Part shown: positions 39,701 to 52,560 of the stretch, in pieces
Numbering within the stretch: position 1 is the first letter of the stretch
How the letters are laid out: each line of letters starts with the position of its first letter
DNA from: Chromera velia
Lineage: Eukaryota
Assembly: GCA_018398765.1 (NCBI GenBank)
Contig: JAHBMJ010000270.1
Span: 1-53,071 of the forward strand
Length of the DNA stretch: 53,071 bases
Reading direction: 5' to 3'
Program-made: the position numbers and the translations under genes
The notes under the pieces: model-generated
Database searches by the model: none
Told to the model about the DNA's origin: nothing
Seen by the model: only the letters and a program-made list of their open reading frames with translations

Positions 39701-40411
39701 GCTGCTGCCGTTGCAGCGTTTGTGGGTGAGGGGGAAGTTCTTCTTGAACCAGGCGTCGTCGTCCCATTTCTTTACCAAACTCCTCTCTATCCCCTGCATC
39801 TTCACAGTGGCCCCAGTATCAGAGGCCGACTTGACTGAGGGTGCACTTTCTCTGGCAGCCTCTCTTTCCCTGTCTCTTTCCCTCTGTTTCTGCTTTCCCC
39901 TCTGCTTCTCTAACTCTCTTTCTTCTTTCAGGCGCTCTTCTTCTTCTCTTCGCCCTCTGCCCGTCCTCTCTCTGTCCCTCTCTCTGTGCCCACTTTCCCT
40001 GAAGTCCGCGCTTTCAGACTGCCTAGAGAAACGCGATGTGCTGTGATGCAGAGAGCGTTGATCGGAGTGAGACTTCATCTCTCGTTCGGGCAGTGCGCCC
40101 TCATAGACGTCATACCCGAAGTTTGCGGTTTCATTTGTGAGATACGAGTATTCACTCGACGCCGTCCTGTCATCCTCTTCTCTGCTTCCTTCGTCCTCGT
40201 CTTCATCGTCGTATTCGTATCGGCCCTCGAGGTCTTGGGTAGACCGAACGCCCCTCCCTCTGTGGGTGTCGCTTTCTTGAGGATAGTGTTGCGAATTCGA
40301 AAAGTTCTCGTTGAAGTAAATCACGTCGCTGTCCTTCAAGGAGGGCTGAGGGAAAGCAGCCACTCGGTCAGGAAAGTCGAAGTCTGCCTCTGATTCGGCA
40401 GACCGCATCAC
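36743..40411 (-). CDS. 1222-aa hypothetical protein; disordered charged N-terminal half, C-terminal helical segments resembling degenerate EF-hand/p25-alpha repeats
   Basis: Uninterrupted 3.67-kb ORF with ATG. Segments LSLSDVLALLHQAKVRGLTHAECRSLFSLV, LDFEAFRDFLALVAVTKYP, VSLSGFFAFAEETGITPGFLSGDQISSLF and MSLLDFVDAL; the domain resemblance is by eye only. Confidence 0.8.
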   Translation of the reverse strand: MMRSAESEADFDFPDRVAAFPQPSLKDSDVIYFNENFSNSQHYPQESDTHRGRGVRSTQDLEGRYEYDDEDEDEGSREEDDRTASSEYSYLTNETANFGYDVYEGALPEREMKSHSDQRSLHHSTSRFSRQSESADFRESGHRERDRERTGRGRREEEERLKEERELEKQRGKQKQRERDREREAARESAPSVKSASDTGATVKMQGIERSLVKKWDDDAWFKKNFPLTHKRCNGSSPQSSILDTLDVQYEAENANMLSRPYGGEPEGETASQDSCLSFCLRECRERKAEAKQRYKSTMGDPHAIVRLSGHSSPLHAHSPDSPPSLEMYAGPIRQSPSSDGWQAGSGTGSLWSYEDDSGVDSQESSQGEGGWKETGEGGPQGWPGTDEGSMGENRVGGGEEGEEEEGEEYGSVEGEGREREEMMRAPKRGKSYQSRKGQGWEEEGGEMREGSRRMNSSADDEAEVEKSERGRLGLSSKSPKQFRDYEDLDSKTKVEMHTHVNGETGHAGSPHSSPGGISLSADGSSGDVGRGVGESLGDGTRGAERSSKGESEGKGSVTLSRPLSLLFDSKGFDGSGSRGRNGGPRESAVRLSAHFFASLPPQERVSRCLRDLHRRFGGSAVSPLCGPSLSDVLALLHQAKVRGLTHAECRSLFSLVLRSRERRRREGDPEMALVEELHGCPTSKRCQRSVEPPMFPPSCPPPEARCPVGFSRSVHSTLTRRDPTLITKRTDDFERERERERRTGPEKEKDGAPCGKWRDHCRGGEPRRVGLDFEAFRDFLALVAVTKYPEVDQSKAQKLLLCDHLLPLHAQLVREGKINDPAARAAARAEEKARALLGDSLTPFPELPGFLSGPDKQKTASGGAVTFRADGPPSVTSGGDSATDRYIREVIYQKVHPGPVQGIFDSFASMALVRPEGCAEGGMRGGRKRAGALRRGKGGLQGCVWMRLVSLSGFFAFAEETGITPGFLSGDQISSLFRHMARTRSRAVDGKGRRNSRLGPQSRGPSQIGTCPREKGGGGVRSVETETERSGTSARDLPHVCLEPKHGVPGRRAPPRSDSLLPDSSSGSGLMMSLLDFVDALNILVFVVVKRRISHQQKKGLSGEETDGKDAEEVEEDEEGYFWTSEDEEEEELLQAGVGGGDRPKLTPQQRKVRRTVRSVLRSWGLRWREDAEEEEADLEEMYVQDVDAQGEIGSHWGSGEGAKPPPSLSQERLKLKIPVG

Positions 40412-40676
40412 TGTACCGCTTGGCCTTCTTATGTTGGATCGACGACTGGGAGAGTGTTGTTTTCAAACAACAGACGGGAATCAGTCTGTTGCATGCAAGT
40501 GCTTGTGGTCAACTTGACGCTGAGCAGAAGACCTTCGAACAACAAAAGCAACAAGAACTTATCAGACCGACTGGATACTGGGCGCAATCATGATTTGTCA
40601 AGGAAACTTCTCACATCACCATGCACAAAGTCTGATCGCCGTGATCGCTTTTTTTCATCAATTTAATTGCTAATGC

Positions 40677-40720
40677 GCATGCATGCATGCATGCATGCAT
40701 GCACGCAATGCATCTGCATG
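40677..40720. promoter_or_regulatory. (GCAT)n/TGCATGCA cluster upstream of the 1222-aa gene
   Basis: GCATGCATGCATGCATGCATGCATGCA ~270 bp upstream of ATG 40411; another TGCATGCA at ~40849. Confidence 0.5.
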
Positions 40721-41733
40721 ACGGTTCGTTTTGGGTTTTCGCGCTCGCACTGCATGTGGCCCGCGCGGGCGAATGCATGTCCGACATGGCTTACTTAATT
40801 TTGTCACCAGAAGTTGTGTTTCGATCTGTGCATGTGCCACAGACTGACTGCATGCATGCATGAATCCAGAATCTCTGATCGATGTACGCGTTTTGAGAAA
40901 TTCATGCAGATTCAAGTTAAAGAGAAGTCATTGTGACACTCTCTGATCAAATACTATACTAAGGACTTCAGTAGCAAGGACAGCCTTACAGAGAAGTAAA
41001 AAGAGCACAAAGGTTTAACATGCATCTTTGGATATATATATATAAACAGACAGTCTGCATATTGACTAACACTATATATTAATATTAGGCTACGTCCTTC
41101 CTCCCGTCTTTGCGGTAAGTAACACATGAAAGCGCAAGCCTGAATTCCCTCTCAAGCGACAGAAAAGATGATGTGCACTCAGGGCTTGCCTCTCTTTAGA
41201 TCTATGCAGGGAGAGAGGGAGACACGAAACAGGTTGAACCCTCAGAGAAGACAAAAATAGAAAATGTTAGCTAAGATTAGGAGACAGAGAGAGGAGTGGG
41301 AAACAGACCATAAAAATGAAAAGCAAATAGATACACGAATAAGCAATCAAAAGAGGGAAAGAAACCAAAGACACCTGGGGGGGGAAATAAAGAGGACGAT
41401 AACAGACAAAGGGGTGGATACAGAATAGAAACATAAAGAGAGGGAAAGTTTAGAGTTACAAAAGGAAAAGACAGAAAGGAAGAACAGACCGAATAACCAA
41501 AGGAGACATGTCATGAAAATGAGGGCAGAGTAGGGTAGAGACTGTAAAGAGGGAAGCAGAGAGAGTAAAAAGGAATGAGGAGGATGAACAACACACGGAG
41601 TCCCTCTCATTCCCACCCCCCTCTCTGTCTCTACCTATGTCTGCTACCTGTGTCTCAGACCCAAAGGATGCCAGTCCCTCTCTGCAGAGTGATAGCAGTG
41701 GTTTCTTTCTAGGTACTACTGACACACCTCCCT

Positions 41734-43381
41734 GTGAGGCTGTCAGTGAGGAGGGGTTCCCTTCTGATCACCAGGCTGAGAGGTTTAAATTTTTTTTCTC
41801 TGATAGCGCTATTAGAAGAAGACAACAGCCCACAGGAAGCAGAGGAGGTCCCAGAAAAAATTAAGAACGCCTCAGTCTCTGCGGGGGATTTTTCCGCAGT
41901 GAAAGCAGCAAAAGTAGAGCGCTAGCAGCCTGCCCACATTAAAGTCCAAGCAGAAGAAACAGAAAAAGCCATGCCTGGAGGAGGCAATGCAGAAACTTGC
42001 CCTTCCCTGACCGCAGCTCCAAGCTCGCACTTTGGGAGTCTGAAAAGAGAACCACCGGTCAAAGGTGCTCGTGGATTTCGCACCACAGTTCTGTCTACTG
42101 GAGCAGCCCCCCCCTAGGGTCCCTGCTCTCCGAGTAGAGTGTCCTCTAGTAGTTCTTCGGGATACAAATTTCATTTCAACCTTGAACTAGTCGAGGTAAG
42201 TGCCTTCTTTCTATCGAAGGAGTTCCACAGAGGCAATCTCGAGAACGCCACAGACAGTCTGGCTATGCTGATACCTCGGAAGGCCCTTTTGAGGTGGGGG
42301 GTAGATGGGATTAAGTACATCTCTGTAGAGGACGCTCTATGTATTCTCATGCAATCTGCATATAAAAACGTACAACTGTTATTTGAAGGGGCTCACACTT
42401 ACCCTGAGGGTCCTTCAAGTCGTCAAAGAGAAACTTAAAATGAAGGCCCAAACCCCGATGGAGTAGAGATTCTCAGAACAGCCGAGGCACTACCAACTTC
42501 CTCCCACTGCTCCTCTAGACATGTTGAGCCGCCGAGAGAGAGCCAGGCTGAGAGAAAGACTACCAAAAGATCCAAGAGTCTTCTTAAACAACACGAGGTA
42601 TCAGCCCTCGCTCCAGTCTACTGATAGTATCCTTCAATTAAAAAGGATGCAGAGGAAATTCGAAAGATCCACATTGCATCACCAAATCAAAGCCGTAGCA
42701 GAAGCAGCAGCAATGGCTGTGATTGAAGGAGAACAGTTACAAGAGGACGCGGAAACAAATTTACCCTCTGGTACCCCACCATTCTAAACAGCTCCCGCTT
42801 CAGTGACAGCAGAAAAAGAGAGAACTAACTTGGCCCCCCCCTCTAATCTCCCTTCCTATTCCAACCTCAACCCACATGCTCCATCCGTTCTCCGTCTTCC
42901 AAAAAAGGTTGCAGGAGGGGTCATGGAAGCCCTAACAGAAGCAGATACCAGAAGGAACTGGTTTGCGGCTCCCATTACCGGCCTGGGGGGCAACAGACGC
43001 CCATCCCCCATGCTTCCTTTCAGGAATTTCCCCCCATCTACCCCTCCAAATCCCACATTCCCCCTCTACCCCCAAATGATCCCCCCCTACCCGAACGCGC
43101 CCTCCCCCATAATTCCTATCCCGTACCGAACGCGTTCCCCTCCTATCCGGGCCTAGACTACAAGGGGGGCAGCGGTGCGAGGCAGCGAAAAAATACGTAG
43201 AGAGCCCAAATGCTTCAGGAAGAAAGGGCACTACTTGTGGAGGCCTCAGGGGTTGCAAAGATGGGAGGGGAGGTTAATTCCGGTGCGGGAGCTTTGCAAG
43301 ATTTCAATCCGTGATTATAGAATACAAAAACACTATGGAAAATCTCGCATAAAAGACATCCTAAAACATTTGGTCCCTTGA
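41734..43381 (+). pseudogene. Decayed long ORF, possibly a gag-like retroelement ORF
   Basis: ORFs 41734.. and 42139.. share one frame and 42521.., 42803.. and 43175.. share another. They are separated only by TAG/TAA stops (41923, ~42115, 42436, 42785, 43154) plus one frameshift; Pro-rich C-terminal part. Confidence 0.45.
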
Positions 43382-43393
43382 TTATTTATGCAT

Positions 43394-44700
<1,307 letters not shown>

Positions 44701-44866
44701 ACCTGACTTCCAGTTTGTATTGTTGTCTACCTGCGTCTTTTTCTCCTAAATTATTTTCTATCTATACCTATTTACCTGTTAGTGCCTGTTCATCTGTTTG
44801 CTAGTCTGTCTCCAAGTTTATCGTAGTTTTGTATCCTCACAATTTTTGTATGATCGATATTAAAAT

Positions 44867-45460
44867 TACCCCCGGGACACCTTGACCCTTTTAAATCTTT
44901 GGGCCCGACTTTTGTCCAGGGCGCCGAAGGCGCCGCGCCAATGTTTGCCTATATAGAGTGCCAAAGGGGCCGCGCCAATATTTATACCTATGCATACATG
45001 GATGCATAGATGGGATTGCAAGGACTTTTGCCTACATGAAGACCAGACCCTACCCCAACCCCTACCTTATATATCTCCCTCCAATTCTCATGTTAAAACC
45101 ATGGACTGAGCGGGGATTCAGGAGGATCCTTGTCTGACAGTGACGCAAGAAGCGGTGGCCGATCGAAGAACCGCATTGGAACGGGGCTTTAGGGCAGCAA
45201 AAGTGACGCAAAAAGACGTAAAGAATTGTTTTTAAGCACTACATATAACTACATAGAACGAGAGTGTTTAATTTTTCCTACAATTTTATAGAATTATCTT
45301 TGTCAAAGCAAAGTTTAACTTTACTTTATAAAGCTATGTGCATCTTCAAAAAAAGTTTTTTAGTGTTTACTGAATTATTGTCAACTTTTGCCCAGCGCCG
45401 AAGGTTCTAAGCTTAGTTGAAAGTTCTAAGCTTTAGTTGGGTCATAATGTCCCGGAGGTA
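44867..45460. mobile_element. TIR element (TACCCCCGGGACA ends), 8-bp TSD
   Basis: TACCCCCGGGACA / TGTCCCGGAGGTA; TSD ATTAAAAT at 44859-44866 and 45461-45468; internal hairpin GGCGCC-GAA-GGCGCC. Confidence 0.8.
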
Positions 45461-46297
45461 ATTAAAATTTAAAAATATATATAAATAAGATATACATAAA
45501 AACTTTTCTTTCTTTTATGCATTAGCAAAAAACATACAAGGGATAAATGATAGGTGATAAACCATCATTATCATACCTTGCAGGTAGCTAGGATTTTACG
45601 GGATTTTGGCCAGGATTTTAGCGGATTTAGGCGGATTTTGCCCAGGACTCTGCCGGACTATTTCTCCAGGATTTCAGAATCTAAAATCCTGGTTCTAGGG
45701 ATTATAAAGACTAAAATCCTGGATCCTAGGATTTTCGAAATGAATGCTAGGATTTTATGGGATTTTACAGGATTATACGGGATTTTACGGGATTTTAACA
45801 TAAACAAAAACAATGAAATAAAAGTCGATCACAATCGATGCCGGTTATCCCTTCAGGTCAAACTGGAAGTGTATCATTCATCTTTGAATTTAATTTTATT
45901 CATTTCTTTAAAATCCTGTAAAATCCTGTATTATAGGCTGTATAATCCCGTAAAATCCCGTATAATCCCATAAAATCCCGTATAATCCCATAAAATCCCG
46001 TATAATCCTGTAAAATTTAAGGCTGAAAAAAGGTGCATAAGGTGCTGGTGCTGGTGCAAAAATAAGTTTGCACCTTAAATCAGGTGTAAAATAAGATGCA
46101 CCATTTACTCTATAAAAGCTAGGTTTCTAGGGTTGATTTCTAATGTTTCTAATGGCCAAAAGGCGCCTCAATCAAGGCCTAAAAGCTTTTTATGATATAG
46201 ATTTGCTACATTGATTTTTACTATGTGAAACAACTTAAAATGTCACTAGAAATATCAGTGAAAAGGTGATAAAAAGCAAAAATAAAAAATATGACAA

Positions 46298-47184
46298 CAT
46301 GGTTGCTTTTCTGGTCGGTAACAGGTCTAGTCTACCGGCAATTGCCGGTAACCGGTAATGGCCTTAGTCTACCTTCCTTTTACCGACAAAAAAAATAATA
46401 AAAATTAGGGTCCCCCCCAAAAAATTTTGCCTGTGGCGCCAACCTTCAAAAACATGTTTTTAAGTGTTTATTAGCATTTGAAAAGCCTATTCACACACAA
46501 AAAAAAATAAAAAAAATATTTAAAAAATATCAATTTTTAACTGCTTCACCCCTATAAGTAGCAAAAAGTTCTAACAGCTCTATGAGAGCGTCTGTCCAAC
46601 AACTACTCTCTTTTTTGATTTTGCTCGATCTCTCACTGTTCTGCTTATTTACTTATGATTCTTTCATATCTGCTTGCTTGTAGACAGCAAATCCCCACCC
46701 CCCTGGGTCTCTGGAGTTAGACACCCTTCGAGGCCTCAGACATCAGCTTTTAGCGGCGGGTCTTTCTTTGGAGGCTGGAGCACTGGATTGGGGGGACCGC
46801 CCAAACTTTGAGGTGGACTCTTTCTGTTGTTGAAATCGCGCAGGTGCATCTGTCTGGGCCAGTTGTGGTCATTGCGGCCAGCGGTTCTCTGTCTTTGGGC
46901 GCCAAGTGCAAGACGGGACCCATCGCTTTGACCTACGTCATCTTCAAGCACACTGGCCGCATAGCTATCCCTACAGATGACGTATTAACTTTTTGAATTG
47001 ACCTTAAGTCTAGCCTTAAGTGATTGATTGATTGACCTATAACCTAGGACTTAGGTTATTGAAAAGTGTTAGTGACTGTTAGAATTCTGCCAAGTCTTTG
47101 CCAACTGCCAGCAAACTGTGCCGGTAATTACCGGTTAGTACCAGTAATGAAGCTTGTCTACCACCGAAAAAATCGGCAACCCTA
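46298..47184. mobile_element. Nested hAT-like element, 8-bp TSD
   Basis: CATGGTTGC / GCAACCCTA ends, CCGGTA subterminal repeats, flanks TATGACAA / TATGATAA. Confidence 0.7.
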
Positions 47185-49016
47185 TATGATAATTAAAGAC
47201 TATATGTCTCTGACTTTCTCATGACTTTGGTCTCTTTCTAGGTTTCTTTTCTCAATTTAAGCAACGTTTTTCAGCTGTCCAATGTTTGAATATATTTGGC
47301 GCCGGTTGCATGCTGCACTGTAGACTAAGTCCAGTTCTGTCCCTATACGGTCCATAAAACCTTCAAACTGCATGATGCCCCTTTGGAGCAAACTCATGAA
47401 GAAACCAACCATAAATGGTGCATTTTCATGAAAAAGAAAAAGAAGAAAGAATAAAACAAAAGAAGGCTTTTTTTAATTTGCATTTTTCCTCTGAGCAAGG
47501 GCAAGTGAGGATAAGTGAGGGCCTGATCTCAAGGCTTGGGGCCCAGCCCCGTCATACCCTAGCTCTCTTCTTCACTCACCCCCTAGCTCACCTCTCCATA
47601 CAAAATGACAACGGAAGATAAAAAAGAGGAAGAAGAGAAAGAAGAAGGGGAAAAAGAAGGGGACTCTGAGAGAGCAGGCTCCTTGCAGACTTTGTCTCAC
47701 TCGAAGTCCGACTTGAAAGTCGACCTCAGTATGTTGTCTTTTTTCCCTAGAAACTCCTCTGGTTTGTTGCAAGCTGGTTAGGGTAGAAGGGAGGCTTTGG
47801 CTTTGGCTTTTAATTTGGGTTTAGCTTTTAAGAATGAGAAAAATACGGACAGAGTCGGGCAGGTGTGATTCCTAACCCCAGACCCTCTTCTTTTGACTGA
47901 TCCGGCTTAATTCATAATGTCCATCCAGACTAGCTTGTCTTTCTATACCGTCCTGAGCCACCTGCAAGGATCTACGCGGCTAGTACAAGCAGTTTTTCCG
48001 TTTTCAGATCTAAAAGAAGGCTTTCCCTACTCTTCAACAACTCCTCTTTTATTTGTTGGCATTTGTTTGAAGCCGTCTATCTGGATAGGGCCCCAGTTTA
48101 TGAAATTGAAAAATGATTAGCTGCAGTGACCGGTATATAGGACCGGTATGACTGACGACTCACGAACGAAGGGGTGAACGCCCCTAGGAAAGCTGCAATT
48201 CCATCTACAGATGGACTTCAAACCCTCTGGAAGTACCAAACGTAACGAGAAGCCGTGGCATGATAGAAAGTCAGATACAGATCTGTATATGAGCATACAA
48301 ACTTGACAAAACTTGACGAGCTATCAACAGACGGAAGTAACGAATGGTTCCACTTTCTAAGGCAAAGCAGCAAATCGAATGATCAAACCAATTGCACTCT
48401 TACTCACCAAGATAGATCGAGCCCACCAATCATAAAGAGCACCCGGCACCAGGTTTCAAAAGTCCTTACCTACAACCGAGAGGGAGAGTGTCAACGTACC
48501 TTCGCGTATGTGTATTCCCATGTGTGTGTCGTTTCTGCTTCTCTTCGATCATCATATGAAAAAGAATCTGTGTGGAGCACTGCATTGGCATTCATCCTCG
48601 GATTGTTAATAAAGGTCAAGGAAGCTGTTTTCCTCCCGGAGGGTGTGTGAACTTCATTCGAATTAAAAGAGAGTTCAGGCTACATGGTGGACATAGACAG
48701 CGATCCAGATAACTGTGTAACTGAGAGGACAAAGAGGTTCCTAAGTGGATCGGATGGAGACGGAACTGAGCGAATGGGCAGTGGAGATGTGAAGGGTGTG
48801 AGAGAGAAGCTCGTTTTGTGTTCAGCGATTTATGGAGATCACTAGAGCTCTCACTTGAAGACAGAGAAATTTATATATATAACTGTATATATACAAAAAT
48901 TTAATCTCATAAATAAAAAAAAGGAGCAATACAGAGCTATTTGCGGTGGGACTATGCGCAGAGCGTTAAGGACCCCGGCGGGGGTGATGCCCCTATTGTA
49001 GAGTTCACCCCCGCGA

Positions 49017-49643
49017 CTAGGGTATGACACTCTGCAGACACTTTACGATGTAGAGAGAGTTCTAGCAGCAAGAACTGCATTTGATGCATTTATTTTCATC
49101 CGTTCACCTCTTTTTTTGAAGAGAAAACATCTTGATATACAAGAAAAACACGTTTTCAGGGTGGTTCAAAAGAAAAGGGGGGGGTTCTGCATGGTTACAG
49201 ATCGGGTGCCAATGTTGGTTCCAGCTCTCCATACGATGGTGGTTCTTGAACCGATGAACTCATAATGAGAACTTCTGGAACTCATCTGAACCATCAAGAA
49301 CCAAAGCAATTCTTGGTTCCATAAAGTCTTTCATGCAAAAGAACTTAAAACAAAGCGAAATAAATATAATGAAAGGTCTTATTATTTGGTTCAGGGGGGG
49401 GGTATTTTGGTTCCTGAACCGCCAAAACCGGCAAATCAGAACTTTTGTTGGCGCCAACATGTTTTTGAGTGTTTTCAGGTCAAAATCGTTCAAAAACTGG
49501 TAGACTTTTCATCTTTATTTAGTTTTTTTGGTCCAATAACCACAAAAAACATGTTTTGACATGTTGATGTGTTGTATGCGGGATGAAAGAGGGATATTAC
49601 TGAGTGAAACTGACTGACGAGGCTCAAGAGTGTCATACCCTAG
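49017..49643. mobile_element. Nested TIR element, 8-bp TSD
   Basis: Perfect 17-bp TIR CTAGGGTATGACACTCT; flanks CCCCGCGA / CCCTGTGA (two CpG transitions). Confidence 0.78.
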
Positions 49644-50201
49644 CCCTGTGAAGAGCCACAGAGGCGGGGCCGCGGCGCGTTGCATGGCCATGACGCTGAC
49701 ATTTTTCACCCAATTCCATTCAATCAGGTGTAAAACAGGTGCATCAGGTGCATCTGGTGCAAAACAGGTGCATCTGGTGCAACTTTTTGGTTTGCATCTT
49801 TTCTCAGGTGCACCTTTTCCAAGCCTTAAAACTAAAATTCTAGGAAGAGGCTAGGATTTTAGCTTTCTTCCAGGATTTTAGATTCTAAAATCCTAGGTGT
49901 AGGGATTATATTTTTAACGTTAAGAGTCCAGCAGAATCCTGGGTAAAATCCGCCAAAATCCGCTAATATCCTGGCCAAAATCCCGTAAAATCCGCTAAAA
50001 TCCTGGGCTAAAATCCCACAAAATCCTGGCTACCTGCAGGGTAATCCGAGTTATGCATGATCATACATCTATATAGTCTTATATTATCTAGCTTATTATT
50101 ATTACTACGCTATTATCAATACTATATAATAATCTAGCCTAGAATCTAGCATGATAATAGGCATTGATCTAGGCGTTGATCTAGTAGTGTTCCGCTGCAA
50201 T

Positions 50202-51805
50202 AACAGAGTGGACTCCAAAGTAGGACTTAGTGAAATCCAAAGTAACTTTTAAATTTACTATATTCTAGCTTTATTATAAAGTAAAACTAGGTTACTTGAA
50301 GCAATCTAGAGTCTTTTAAAGCATTTAAAATCGTTACTCCTGAGCAAATCTGCTCAAATATGCTCAAAAGACTGGTTGATTAGCTAGGGTGCATGGTGGG
50401 AAAAATTATGATCACCGCGGCATGTAGAAGTTAGTGAATATTACCTGCAAAGAAATACACAGGCACAACACTAATGAATATGCTCAAAAGCAACGTTTAG
50501 CGCCGCCAATCAACTATAAAGAATTGCTTCTTCTGCAAGGGAAACAGTGCAGGAAGGAGGGCTTCACAGCTAGGCTGGTCAGACCGGACAGGAGGCAGTC
50601 AGCAGGGGTCGGAGGGGATTCCAAAGAACATAGTACAGAGACAACATAATACTATTCACAAAGAACTCACACTACATGGCGTAAAAGCTTGCAAATCGTT
50701 CTGCGTGTGTCAATGAGAAACTGTGAAAAAGAAGGACAGGTCTGTAGGTAGATCCAGATGTTCAGAGGGAGACCAGTACGGAGTGCCACAAATGAGAAAG
50801 AATGAACGAGTCAGGAGCACTTGCGTCGGGATAGTACGGACCGCTTTCAAGGACTGACACACACGGAGCAAGTGGAAGACATTTAAATGCATAAAAGCTG
50901 AGTGATTATTCTGGGTGGAAAAATGTCTGGCAGGACTGGGAGCTGTGCAAAACTTCAGAAGAGGCGGTCAAAAAATGGAGGCTCCAGCAGACTCTCCATC
51001 GACCCTCTCTCACTGACCTCCCTTGTACGTTTCTGTCAAGCTCCTAGCAGACCAAAGAAGCTGAATGCTAAGCAAATCATCATGCAAAGCAAGAAAGCGA
51101 GCCGCGCTTCCTTAACTGACCTGCAGGTGTCCTCAAGTCTCCGTCCACCAACACCTGCAAACACGGAGGGACAGGCGTTCACGTTTTGTGCAGTCAAGGA
51201 AGCACTTCTGTTTAGCTTATTCTGCGTGCACAAGGTTCCAAAGAAAAGACCAAGAGCCTAAGAAGCAGCGGGTTCGGACAGGCTGACCTGGGGGTTAATC
51301 CCGGGGCTCCCAAGACTGTGACCTGCAAGGAAAGAGTAAGGAGAGCGATGAGGGCAGCAGTACTTTAACACCTAGATAAGGCCGGCAGCCCTTCCCCGCT
51401 TGAACAGGAAGAGCAGCAGCAAGCAAGAAGACGTTGGAAACAAGATCAAGACGGCTGGTGTCCACTGGACTCACCTGTAAGCTCCACTTCATGCCGACCG
51501 AAGATGTCCCAGCAACTGTTGTTACACCCGTCTCCTTCAGAGCCCTGTATATTTCTTTGCAGGTAACATTCACTAACTTCTACATGCCGCGGTGATCATA
51601 ATTTTTCCCACCATGCACCCTAGCTAATCAACCAGTCTTTTGAGCACATTTGAGCAGATTTGCATAGAAGTAACGATTTTAAATGCTTTAAAAGGCTCTA
51701 AATTGCTTCAAATAACCTAGTTTTACTTTATAATGAAGCTAGAATATAGTAAATTTAAAAGTCACTTTGGATTTCACTAAGTCCTACTTTGGAGTCCACT
51801 CTGTT
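50202..51805. mobile_element. 1.6-kb element with ~260-bp TIRs and 4-bp TSD
   Basis: 50202-~50463 is the reverse complement of ~51544-51805 (AACAGAGTGGACTCC...); CAAT on both flanks; no intact internal ORF. Confidence 0.9.
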
Positions 51806-51922
51806 CAATTTCCTCTGTAAGTTCCCACAAGTTCCGCATATGATAATACATAATATATTAGCCTAGATATTAGCTAAGTCAAAATATTTGTATTATTTAT
51901 ATGACTCTGAGTCTCTGCAGTC

Positions 51923-52560
51923 TTGAGCCTAGGGAGGGAGAGTAGAGAGTTATGGGAAGAACTTGCCAACTTAGCAACAGAAATGGGGAGGAGGGTGTTC
52001 GAGTGGGACCAGGTGAAGGCACTCATGGCATGCCGACTGGTCGCACTAGACAAATGCCTCGGGGTGCGCCCAGTAGGAATCGGGGAGGCGATCAGGCGCC
52101 TCCTCGGAAAAGCAGTGATGAAGGAGACTAGAGAGGAACTGTAGGAGGCATGCGGAGCTAATCAGCTGTGCAGTGGCCTCATGGGAGGCCTGGAAGGGGG
52201 GATTCATGCAGTGAGGAGCTCTGGGAGACCTTCACACAGGAAGCCGGCGACGACCCCGAGAAGGCATTCGGAACCCTCCTAATAGACGCCGAAAACGCCT
52301 TCAACGCAGCAAATCGCACAACGGGGCTGTAGAATGCCCACATACTCTGGCCTAGAGCCTCCACATTCCTAGCCATATTCCTTTTCAACTACTATAGGGG
52401 GGATGCAGAGCTCTTGCTAAGAGGAACCCACGGGACCACCACCATCAGCAGCAGAGAGGGATGGACGCAAGGGGACCTGATGTCGATGGCAGGGTACGCC
52501 ATCACTATCCTTCCCCTCGTCTGAGCTCTCCGAGGCAGCGGGAGCAGGCAGACGGAAAGC
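51923..52560 (+). mobile_element. CRE-like non-LTR RT fragment, decayed
   Basis: LMACRLVALDKCLGVRPVGIGEAIRRLLGKAV, QLCSGLMGGLEGGIHAV, LLIDAENAFN and EGWTQGDLMSMAGYA are RT subdomains 1-4, with TAG/TGA stops and frameshifts. Confidence 0.85.

Larger units (their letters stand above)
46018..49828. mobile_element. Nested TIR element with GGTGCA subterminal repeats (hAT-like)
   Basis: TAAGGCTGAAAAAAGGTGCA / TGCACCTTTTCCAAGCCTTA; no clear TSD. Confidence 0.6.
45576..50041. mobile_element. Large non-autonomous TIR element with GGATTTT subterminal repeats; outer shell of a nest
   Basis: CCTTGCAGGTAGCTAGGATTTT / AAAATCCTGGCTACCTGCAGGG, TA on both flanks, mirrored GGATTTT/AAAATCC arrays. Confidence 0.8.

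Noticed and set aside
47250..48870. Transposase gene inside the nested elements
   Set aside because: No DDE, BED-finger or dimerisation motifs could be recognised in the frames examined.
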